DNA from: Dimorphilus gyrociliatus
Taxonomy: Eukaryota; Animalia; Annelida
Assembly (NCBI GenBank): GCA_904063045.1
Contig: CAJFCJ010000003.1
Span: forward strand, 2,404,504-2,468,503
Reading direction: 5' to 3'
DNA: 64,000 nt
Part shown: one piece after another, positions 25,420 through 36,749 of the stretch
Position numbering within the stretch: position 1 is the first letter of the stretch
Layout of the letters: each line of letters begins with the position of its first letter
Position numbers and translations under genes: made by a program
The notes under the pieces: model-generated
What the model was told of the DNA's origin: nothing
The model's database searches: none
Seen by the model: only the letters and a program-made list of their open reading frames with translations

Positions 25420-26373
25420 CTTTTTTTTAACGTATAACTTAAAAAATTAACATACAATATTTATTTATTAAAATAAAACTATATGAGAATAATTATAATA
25501 TTTTATACAAAATACATAAGAAATATCGGCTAAAATTTGATGAGCGATAATATAGAGTTAGCGGAACGTAAATATTTCTTGTATGCAACTTATATGGGTT
25601 AAAGTCTACATATATTTTTTTTTTTTTTTTGCAAATGCGTCTTAAAATTTCAAACGAGTTGTTTATTATTTTTCAGCTTTTGTCTTTAATTGTAAAAAAC
25701 AAATACTTTTTTCAAATATCAAAACAAAGTTGGGGATTTTTAAAATTAGCACAGCCATTTTGAATTTTGTAAAAGCTTGCCTCATATAGGTAATTTTTGC
25801 ATAAATAAAACGTACTTATTAATAATACTGCTATAATAAATATAGACATTATGTGCAAAGGTCAAAGTTGTTTATAGGTGACGTTAGTGTAGTTTAAAGA
25901 AAACAACACGGTAACGTCATGATTGATATGACCAAAGGGGTTTCTTTTAAGAGAATGGTCTGTTGAAACTTTTGTTTATATTTATTATTCTCCTTTATTA
26001 ATGAACTTTACAATTTAATTGTCATTAACTTAACTTTTATGAACTATATTCTGTTTTTGCCCAGAGTTTATTTAAATTATTTAAAAAAAAGAACAAGTGA
26101 TTATTATCAAGCAAAATATTTTAAATTATTTTTGTACCAGGCAAAGATATCTTGTGCTGAAAAACTTTTAATGTAGCAGACATTAAAAAGTATACGCCTA
26201 TTTATCAGTTAATCACTTGTTATTGAACAAAGCGGTTGCCTTTACTGTATTGGTTTGTAAAAATGATACCAACTTTTTCTTATAGAGTTTGATTACAATT
26301 TTCTACTCAAGAGAAGTCTATAGGAATTTTACGATACTTTATTTTATGTTTCCTTTCGGAGGAAAATGCCTAG

Positions 26374-26376
<3 letters not shown>

Positions 26377-26408
<32 letters not shown>
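26377..26408. repeat. (TA)16 microsatellite
   Basis: Directly read. Confidence 0.9.
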
Positions 26409-26412
<4 letters not shown>

Positions 26413-26895
26413 CATTTAACTTATTTTTTCGCTAGCTGCGTAAATGTATTGCGTAATCCAAATAGAAGCGTATATAGAATTTATAATCAATATTTCCAGG
26501 TGATATTTTTATTCACCTGCTAAAAATAACTATTCTACTTTAATTTGGTTATTCTAAGTAATATACTATTTAGTACAGTTCAGTAGATATTTATGATAAA
26601 TAGTAGGAGAAAGTATATAAGTTATCGACTAACTCTTTGATTATAGATCGATAGTACAAATTAGGCGGCTGACAAAATGTCTTTAACAAAAATTTAATCT
26701 AGTAAAACTTAAGAACAATTGCTCTATAGACGCCACTAATGATAATGTAGAGATAAACGTAGGAAACAGGGAGTATAAAAGCATAGCAGTCGACTCTCTT
26801 CTAATATGTTGTCCTTGGGACATCATATGATAACACTTTTCGAAACAGTGAGGAGTCACTAGCGCTGAAGTTGTTGAAGAAACATTATTCAAACT

Positions 26896-27750
26896 ATGTC
26901 TCGGTTGAGAACAGCTTACCAATTTAGCAGAAGATATACTGGAAGAGTGAAAGCAGTCATTTTGGATTGGTCTGGTACTACAGCTGATAAATATGTAATT
27001 GCACCAGCCGTAGTCTTTGCTCATGTTTTTGAAAAGGCTGGCGTTCCTATTTCGATGAGTGAGGCAAGAGAACCTATGGGAATAAGAAAAGATTTACATA
27101 TTGCGACAATTTGCAATAATCCTTCTGTAAGGCAAAGATGGTTTAATGCAAAAGGAAGGTATCCAAATCAGGGTGATGTTGAAGAAATGTACAAAAATTA
27201 CATTCCTGCTCAGCTGGAATGTCTACCAAAATATACTGATTTAATACCTGGTGCAGCTAAATCAATCAAGACTTTAAGAGACGGTTACGGTATAAAAGTT
27301 GGCTCAACTACGGGATTTAGCAGGCCAATGGTTGACATTCTTGTTGAAGGTGCCAGAAAACAAGGTTTGGATTTCGATGCTACAGTAGCTGGTGATGAAG
27401 TCATTAATGGTTCAAGACCCAAACCCTTTATGATTTACAAGAATATGGATTTAATGAATGTGCATCCAATCCAGAGTGTTATTAAAGTCGACGATACAAC
27501 ATCAGGTGTGGGAGAGGCTCTGGAAGCTGGATGTTGGGGAGTCGGGGTCGCAAGGTATTCCAACTATATGGACATTAACAGCTTTGAAGAAGAGGAAAAT
27601 TACACAAGGGAAGAGATCGAGGCTAGAACAGAAAAATCCAAACAGAAACTTAGAGAAACAGGAGTTCATTACGTCATTGATTCAATAGCAGAGCTACCAG
27701 CCGTCGTTGAAGATATTAACGAAAGATTGGCAAGAGGTGAACAACCTTAA
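26896..27750 (+). CDS. phnX: Phosphonoacetaldehyde hydrolase (phosphonatase, HAD superfamily), intronless, 284 aa
   Basis: Single ORF. HAD motif I ILDWSGTT; cap helix EPMGIRKDLHI with the Schiff-base Lys plus Met and His; motif II GSTTGF; SRPKP; motif IV KVDDTTSG.GEALEAGCWGVGV. An in-frame TGA shortly upstream fixes the start. Confidence 0.93.
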   Translation: MSRLRTAYQFSRRYTGRVKAVILDWSGTTADKYVIAPAVVFAHVFEKAGVPISMSEAREPMGIRKDLHIATICNNPSVRQRWFNAKGRYPNQGDVEEMYKNYIPAQLECLPKYTDLIPGAAKSIKTLRDGYGIKVGSTTGFSRPMVDILVEGARKQGLDFDATVAGDEVINGSRPKPFMIYKNMDLMNVHPIQSVIKVDDTTSGVGEALEAGCWGVGVARYSNYMDINSFEEEENYTREEIEARTEKSKQKLRETGVHYVIDSIAELPAVVEDINERLARGEQP

Positions 27751-28237
27751 AGATGATGACATGATATTCTCCTAAATAAGTTCTTTAATGTCCCAGACCT
27801 CAAAAATTCAATATCACTTATAAAATTTAGTCTTATTTCCTCAATTTTAATTTAATGTGCAGCTGAAAGAAAACACTTATGTATTTATTGTAGGGTGTAA
27901 TCAGATGTGAAAACTTTGTTTTTTACTACATACTATGTATGTACATTATATTAATAGTTTAAATTATTCAATGGTTAAGCCATTTACCCAGTTGACAGGT
28001 TATCACCAATAAAAATATATTTAAAAAGCGACTTTTTGTCTTCTTATTATTTAATTTGATTTAATTTTAGCGTCAACTATCTGATTATACTTTCATGAAT
28101 TAAAGATAAGGAATAAAGATCGCCAGTGCTCTTTATACAGAGGTTTATAATACATCTGAGTAGCTGTAACAGTTGCTGAATTAGAGGTGGTGTCGATAAG
28201 ATATCAGATAAGGGATTTAGGTGGAATGTTCATTTAT

Positions 28238-29480
28238 TCATTTGCAATGCTGCAATTCATAGAGTTTATGGGCCTGTTTTCTTGCATCGTCAACGCCCTC
28301 ACAAATCTTTATCCAATTTTTAGGTATACAATTTATTGAATACGCTGCACCAGCAATAGCTCCTGCCATTGAAGCTATAGTATCTGTATCCCCGCCCAGC
28401 GATATAGAGAATAATATAGTCTCCTTAAATTTTTCTTCTGGTGATAAATTCGAGAATCTTTCTTTCGTCGTCCGTAAAAATGAATAAATAGCAGCAGGTA
28501 CGGAATTTAAGGCAGTTACATCATTTCCTATAGAATGGAGTTGTTGAATAAGATCGAATTATTACATGTAAAGAATAATAAACCTAATTTGGTAGCCACG
28601 TCTTCTTCACTTGTCTCATATTCCAACATTAACTGCCTGATTAATGTTATCTTTTCTTGATAAACTTTTCTATTTGCGAGTAAAATTAAATTATACGGAT
28701 ATTTCACGTAAAAAGGCAATTTACTGTTCACTATCCACTTCTAGGCTCTTTGCAAAGGTTTCTAATTTATCTAACAGGTCAGAGTCGTTATTTGGGTATT
28801 TTAAAGCCCATTTTACAGCTGTTGCTTCCAGGATGGCACCATTTATGCCAAATGGATGAGCGTGAGTAATTAAGGATATTTTTCTAACTAAATCCTTTAA
28901 GGAAGAAAAATTTTAATTTCAATACTAAACGGAAATAATTGAAAATTGTTCAATACTTCAAACTCTTTATTATCACTTTTTATTCCAAATAAGGAAGCTG
29001 GAGCTATTCTCATAGCTGCTCCATTTCCAAATGATCCCTGGCCACTATGTTGTTGTTTAGAAGGTGAAAATATTTCTTCTTCAGTGATACTCGCGTATTC
29101 TTTGGAGGAAAATATATTATTTAACTTGTGAAAAACTTCTCCGATAGTTGCTCCATAACCATAAGGTTTTCGTATATACTCATCAGTGAATCTATTTTCA
29201 AAATTGATTAGTTCTATTAGGTATAATTTCATATATATATACAAAAGTACTTTTTGGCTAAATCTATACAGTCCAATTTTTTCTTCTCTATTAGGGAAAA
29301 AGCCACCGATCTTGACATCGCGGTATCATCTGTATATTTGAATATACATGGTGAATTATATGTTTTTAACATTTTTTCCCTAGATGGAATAGGCGTAACA
29401 AATTCATATTCAGAACCCAAACAATCGCCAACTACGGCTCCTACTAAACTTCCAATAAATTTTTCTTCCATATCATTCAT
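28238..29480 (-). CDS. ADPRS: ADP-ribosylhydrolase ARH3, about 336 aa
   Basis: complement(join(28238..28527,28584..28669,28725..28894,28957..29191,29251..29480)) = 1011 nt, introns 55-62 nt. Motifs GAVVGDCLG, YTDDTAM, GSFGNGAAMRIAP, THAHP.G..GA, LGNDVTALNSVP.A.Y.F and GGDTDTIASMAGAIAGA. Confidence 0.95.
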
Positions 29481-30024
29481 ATTTACACATGAACCTCTTA
29501 TTTACTATCGTCTGCTATGATTGAAATGCCACTAGGGCCATCTGTCTTAGGCACAAGTTATTCACAAAAAAATGTGCAAAATTTTACATACCTAATTTTT
29601 CAAGCTTTTACATATTAGCATTTATTTCAAAAGTGTTTGTAATAAATTCTCTCCTGCAGAGCACATATTGTTTTACGTGATTAAACTATATAAAATAAAT
29701 AGTATCGCTAGTGCCATCTTGATTTTAAAAAAATGTACAATTTGTTTAAAAATCGTATAAAAATTCCATTATTACAATAAAAGGTCGAATAATTTCCTTC
29801 CGGTTTTTACATATTTCTAAACTAGACTATTTTTCAAAGACATATTTCTGAGTGAAATAGTTAAGCGCTTGAAGAAAACTATATTTTAAAAAAGTGACTT
29901 TGTTTGAAGTATAAACACAAATGAAGAATAGTTAAATATTTAAGATAAGAAAAATCTGAAATTCTACCAAAGTTTCGCTTGACTGAATTTGAATGTGACT
30001 TGGTCTATTCAAAAGAAGTATAAC

Positions 30025-33000
30025 ATGAAGATTTTTGCCATAATATCAATATATTTTATATTGTCAGAGTCGTGCTATTTTCGAAATGTTGAGGTAGAAG
30101 GAGATTTCTACTTGGCAACATTTCTTGCTTTTCACACTGATGAGTACTGTACGGGACCGATTTCCGAGGCTATTGCATATCAATATGAAGCCTTATTATG
30201 GGCTGTTGAGAGATTAAACAATCATTCCTTCTTTGGCAAAGAAAAACTTGGTAATATTCAATTGTTAAACACTCTTTCACCTCGTACTGATGTCATCATC
30301 TTTTTTTTATTTAGGTTTGAAGGTTTTCGATACTTGTTTTAGTAAGTTTCATACATCAAAGCATCTAATCGATGATATATTGGAACATGACACTTCGAAA
30401 ATCAATTATATAAGTTCGCTATATAATTGTTCGGATACTAAGGACAACGTTGTTGGTAATAAATATGAAATATAATTATTCTTTTGTAATTTTCATGCAA
30501 ATTTTATAAATAGGAATTCTTGGACCAACTACTAGTGCTATATCGGAAACTATATCCACTTTTTTTAAAAAGACTAACACAGAAATGGCAACTTTTGGAA
30601 TTTCCGCAACATCGACTAGACTTAGCAACGAGCAAGTATTTCCAAACTTTTTTCGAGTTGTTCCCCCAGATATAATTCAAACTCAGGTAAATTTTGTTTC
30701 TTTTTTTTTAATAATTTTATCCTTTTCAAATAATGTGAACAGTCTCTTGTTACATTAATGGAAAATTCGGGCTGGAACTTTATTCTAACGATGGGTACAG
30801 ATGATTCCTATGGAACGGAAGGTTTGAAAGAACTTCATGCATTATTGAAAGAAAAAAAAATTTGCTACATAGAATGTCCTCGTATAAAAACCAGTAGAAT
30901 TCATTGGTACGAATGGGGACAGAAGTTTGAAAATGAAATATTTGAAAAAATTAATTTTAAAAGTATTGGAATTGTATTTTATGGTCAACCGGAAACATTT
31001 AAGTCTGCTGTTGAAACCTTAGGAGGAATACTAAGAAACAAACTTGTCAACATAACGTGGATTGTTACTGAGAGTTATACTGAAGAAATAAAAGATATGT
31101 CCCGAAACCACGAATTGGCAAATTTCACTGTAGTAAACCTTGAATTATCCAATACATTAGGTCTAAAAGAGGTAAATAGATATTTACAAGAGAAATCTGG
31201 TGATACCATTATGAATCCATGGTGGGCTGAATGTCAACAGAAAAAAACACAAGGAAATTGTTTACTGAAACAATTTCAAAAGTTTCCTCCAAAATATACC
31301 ACAGCTGCTCTAGACGCGCTTTATTTTTATGCCCAAGCGATAAAAAACGGGCTAAATCAGAGTAAATGTGAAACATATAGACAATGTTCAGAATTGAGGA
31401 GTCATGTTATCAAATTTTTGAAAGGTGCTCAGCTTGATTATAATGGTCAACAATGGAGTGAAGTTGTACCGGAGGAGTATAAAAACAGAAATAAAACATT
31501 ACTTGATGAAAATGGTGACTTGATCTTAGAGTTTAAGAATGAACTTTTGACCATTAAATCTTTTCGTTTAAACGAAAAAGATGGAGAAGGTGCTCTTGTT
31601 GGTTATATTTCTAAAGAAAGGCTGATCTTAAAGAATGAAAAATCAACAGAAACTACATTTGGAAAATCACAATGTCCTGTTAGTACAAAATGTACAGAGT
31701 ATTGTGAAGATATTACAAAGTTAAAATATGCTTATGTTAAAGCTAATAAAACTACAGAGAAGAAGAATAAGTTCATTATCATTGCAATACTTCCGATTAG
31801 TGAGAATTCTGACAGAGCAGATGAAATTGTTAACTTGAAATGTTCCGATGATTTACGTGATTTATCAGCTGGTTATGAACTGTTTGAGGCATTTAAATAT
31901 GCAATTGAAAAATATTCTACGGATGTGGATGGTATAGTATTCGATGATTGTTACAATCCCCTTCGGCCAGCTAAAATATTTACTGATTTACTTTCTGGGA
32001 CGTTAGTTGCAACAAACATAAAAGGAGAGCGTGTTGAAGTCAATAACGATGATGTTATAGCTATTATAGGGACGGAGAGTAGTGATGTAACAAGAAATAT
32101 TGCTCCGTTTGCTGAACAAATGAAAGTTGTTCAAATTTCATTTGGAGCAACTGCAGTTGTATTTGATAATAAAAAATTGTTTCCCAACTTTTTAAGAACT
32201 GTTCCATCTGATTCTGCCCAAGCTGAGGCTATGGTAAAAGTTGCTGTAAAGCTAAACTGGAAATGTGCATGCATTATTCACACTACAAACCTATATGGTA
32301 ATGGGGGAGCTGATAAGCTTGAGGAATATGCCAAAAAATATGGAATTTTCATATCTTTTAAACGTAACTTTACTAGTCAAAATGCCAAAAAGAATTCAGA
32401 TGAAGAGAATAAAGAGTATACACAAATAATTTCTAAGCTTGAAGATGACAATTCTCCAAAGCAGATCTTTTATTTCGGAGATAATAAACCAGTTACAAGG
32501 TTACTTAAAAGATTACATGACAGTAGGTTCCGGAAAACATATCTTTTCATAGCAAGTGAGTCATGGGGCGATAGTACGACAGTAGTTAAAGATTCTGAAG
32601 CAACTGCACAAAATGCTATAATAGTAAAAATAAATTCTCCAACAGGATCTGACTTGAACGAACAGTTCGACAAATATCTAGATAAGAGAACTTTAAAATA
32701 TCACAAACATGTAAATAATCCATGGTACAATAAATATTATCAGATGGCGAATAAGTGCCATCTACAAGAAAGTTGGCAAAAATCAAATCATGAAAAGGAA
32801 TGTGATGGCGTAAAACGTTTGAAACTGGACAGAAGTGGTCGTCAATTTTGCTACCATGTTCTAACAAGTGTTATTGCAGTGATCAAAGCTGTAGAGTTAA
32901 TAAAACTCCGCCACTATACAGAAAGTAGGTATAAAGAAGAAAAACCCTTTTTAAAGGTTTTTAAACAAGTTAAACTCAAGGAAAACAGCGATGCTACAAT

Positions 33001-33454
33001 ATTTAATGAGGATGGTAATGGTAAATCACTGTATTCATTTTACTATTTCACCACAGACGTAAACGGCTCAAATGTATACAAACAAATAAACAATCTAGCA
33101 GATTTCGATATAATCATCAACAAGAGTTATAAAGTAGTTAATCAATGTGAAGATCCGCCTCCCCCTTCTCGAAACCTATTACTCTTAATTATCATTGTGA
33201 TGTCTTGCGCGATGGGAGTAATCATTATAATTGCTTGTTCTTTCGGAATATATAAAATTGTATCGTTTATTTCTCGCACAAGAGGCCCAAGAGAAACAAT
33301 CAGAAATCAAACAAATTTGGAAATTCACAACTGGATTAATCAAACGAATGGCATGACTAGACCAAATCCTCGATTGCGTGGAGATGATGATTCTATAGCA
33401 TTTGAAAGTGTTGTTCATTCTGTTCCTGGTGATATGAGAGTTAGTTATATCTGA
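30025..33454 (+). CDS. Single-pass membrane receptor with two tandem class-C-GPCR-type Venus flytrap (ANF_receptor) domains, about 1083 aa; no 7TM, kinase or cyclase domain
   Basis: join(30025..30250,30315..30455,30514..30686,30743..33454) = 3252 nt. Signal peptide MKIFAIISIYFILSESC. VFT1 has ILGPTTS, GISATS..LSN...FPNFFRVVPPD..Q and SYG.EG. Cys linker CPVSTKCTEYC. VFT2 has IIGTESS, ISFGAT...DNKKLFPNFLRTVPSDSAQAEAM, LYG.GG, FIASESWG and NPWYNKYY....KC. One TM segment (LLLLIIIVMSCAMGVIIIIACSFGIY), then a tail of about 60 aa ending VSYI. Confidence 0.85.
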
Positions 33455-36241
33455 AACTGAATGAAAACATTTCACTTTTTAAGCTTGTAATACTGAAAAG
33501 TTTTGATATTTCTATTTTTGCTTACTTAGCCATTTTTTCGGTCAAATATGAAAGCAAGTCAAGATATATACATATATCATAATTTTTATTGAGCTCTGTT
33601 TAAAAGCTCTTGTCCTCTAATTTTTGTTCAATATTTACTTTTTGATTTTTAATACAATATTTAAATATTTTTTATCATATCACTCATTGAGTATTGAATC
33701 TCCAATTGAAGCTATTATTTGCTTTTATATATTAATTGCAAGAATTAGATGTCTCTGTTTTCCATAGAAAGCGTAGTTTTTAATAATTTTTCACTCAAAA
33801 AACAAAGTTCTGCAAAGTTTATATGACAAATAGCTAGTGAACATTTTTGTGCTGTCACCGTGGTGATGTATACCGATTGTGCATTGTTTTAATATTATAA
33901 CTGAATCAACAATGATTTTAGGGTGACACGAATAATATATTTACTGTATAAATAGGGTTATTATAATTGTATAGTTTCGGTTAACTAGTAATGAGTGAAT
34001 GATTATATCAATTTCATGTTTCCTATTATATTATTTTAAACTATGAAGATCAAGTAAAAAGTACTTTTCTCATATATTACAACTTTGCTTTATCTCTAAT
34101 GGATATAGCATTCGTTTTACAAACAGTTGAGTTTTACTAGTGAAAGCCTAAAAAGAGCAAGGCAACTATGAAATAGTAACACATCATAGATATTATATAG
34201 TAATATAAATGAGAGGGGAGCAAGTCAATTCAAGACGCCGCCTATATTTCGTTCTATTTCCTCCGAGACAATTTTCCAAGATACCTTTAAGTGTTCAAAT
34301 GAAAACTTCAAAGTTACTGCTCTAATTACAGGACCATTTTAATTACTATTGAGTATACCCTTAAGGAAGGCTATATTCTTAGGAATGGATTTTAAATTAA
34401 TCCGCTGTTTCTGTTCTCTGATGCCGCCTAAAATTTTCATCAATCTTTCAACCAATAGAATAAGTGTGCATGTGTCATATATTTTACATAGAAAAACGGT
34501 TACTTGAAGCTAAAGTGACCTAATTACAGTAATACGCATAAAAAGTAACGAAAAGAAAAAGTTATCAGATGCGTATATGTATTTATCTTGTAAAAAAATA
34601 GAGGGAGACAAATAAACTATTCTCTCTTATCCTTATCATATATAGTGTATATATATATTTATGTTTTAGGCAATATTATGTTTATTTACCCTTCTTTTTA
34701 TCTAATACTCAGCGTAAATAGTATGTAAAAATAAGAGCTTTTCATAATAAATCCTATTAATTAACTGATGATATCTGGGAAATCTCTGTATTTCTATTTA
34801 TCTACAAATCCAAAGGGTTTTGGGGAGACTTATTGGCTTATTTCTAAATTATTGATGTTTTTTTTAGTTGAGAAGAACGTCCAAAGATGTCGCTAGTTGA
34901 TATTTTTTTGTGTGCATAGTATAGGAAATATAGAAAAAAATTGTTATAGATTTAGTGAGAAAAAAAGGATCATTAACTATCAAAGTTCCTACTTGATTGT
35001 AAAAGCCTGCTAATAGAAGTAGAAAAGAGGAGGGAAACTACTAACGAGGTAGCAAATCTCGATCATCCCGCTAATTGGGAGTGACTACTCTGTCATTTTA
35101 ATCGTAGAAATTACGGATAATAATCACTTTGTTCTATCGTTTTAGTTGATAAATTTCGGTATCGAAGGCTCAATAGGGAATAAAATGGATGGAACTAGAG
35201 AAAATGTTCGAAAGAATTGAATCGAGACTCGTTCTGCAAAATCTGCCTTGATATGTTTGTCCGTTGAACGTGCTTTGAATAAAAAAAGATGTAGAACGTC
35301 AGTTTTATTTCTTCACCACACTTCTCTAACACCCTCTCCATCCCACCCGCCTCCTTATCAAATTACAGAATTGTCCTATTCCTCCTCTTCCGGGATTTAT
35401 ACTTGATCTTCTTATAAACATCTCAACAAAGAAATATTTTAAAAAAAGAACAAACAATAATTTTATATATGTATATATGTTGTTTATCGTTTCCTCTCAT
35501 AGTGGTTATATTTGTCTTAAGTAAATAATTAATGCCGTATTAATTCATTGGCCATTCGCCAGGCAACTTATTGTGATAATTAAGTTCCGTTGATGCCCGA
35601 TGAACGCAAAAAAAAAACTATACAAAGCTACTAGAGGCACGTTTTCCACTTCCTAAAGCTTTATTTGTTTGCTTTCTTGTCATGTCTCTTTGCTAAAAAC
35701 AAGACGCTTTAGCCAAATTCATTTATTACTCTACGTGTTAAAGAAATATTGTACATTTACAAGTTGTTGTATATTCTTTTCAGTAGCATATAGATTCTAC
35801 TACAGAGAAAGTTGTACTTCTTAGAATGGAGTAAACTAGGAATGCTAATAAACCAATCAATGATTCTCTTTTTTGTCTCTTTTTTATTTTATCACAATTT
35901 AATATTGTTAACTTTTATTTCCTTTTGTACGAATATATTAAAGTCTTTAGAAGCTATTTATTGAAAAAAAAATCCCTATGAAGTAGGTGAGACAAGAATC
36001 TCGACGAAATCGTCTATTTCATTTATGATTTATGACTCTCTCTTTATAATTTTCCTTGCCAATAATTCTTAGGTATAAAATTCTTTAGGAAAACAAAATG
36101 GAGGATAAAATATGAAAAAAGAAACAATTAATATCATTTAAAATAAATAATTTACTATAAATGTTACTTATATTAAATAAAAATTTTTTTATTAATAATT
36201 TATATAGTGAAACACCTGCTTCTTTCTCTTTTGCCTTTTCT

Positions 36242-36244
<3 letters not shown>

Positions 36245-36280
<36 letters not shown>
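36245..36280. repeat. (TC)18 microsatellite
   Basis: Directly read; explains ORF 36085..36294. Confidence 0.9.
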
Positions 36281-36283
<3 letters not shown>

Positions 36284-36749
36284 GTCACTACCAAACTTTC
36301 TATTATTTGAAATATGAATCCTTAAAAAGGCACAATTATTCATACTCATTAAATTTAACTTTAAAATTGTAGCATATAATAAGACAGTCTGAGAATATTT
36401 TTGTTTTTTAATTTTACTATTTTAATTAACTCTCTAAAGTAAACATAAAGATTTTTTAAATATATCCTAAGGGTTTTCTAGAATTTCACTTATTATAACT
36501 ATTATTATCATGTTTTTTATTGGAAATGAATGTTATTTTCACTTATATATATATATATAGTATATGCTGTATATACTATATGTGTTTATATTGTGTAAAA
36601 AATTTACATATATATTTCATCTGCTTTCATGTTTTCATATAAAAAAAAACAAATCTTCTTTCACAATCAGTCATAAACAGTCCAAAAATAACCAATAGAT
36701 TTGTATTATTAAACGTAATAGTCGTTACTGTAGATAAGTGAGAAACCAA

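Noticed and set aside
33440-36700. Downstream kinase, cyclase or 7TM exons for the tandem-VFT receptor via the GTTAGT at 33440
   Set aside because: By eye I found only short closed frames in 33.5-36.7 kb (for example near 34210 and 35150), with no kinase, cyclase or TM motifs; the next gene is on the opposite strand.
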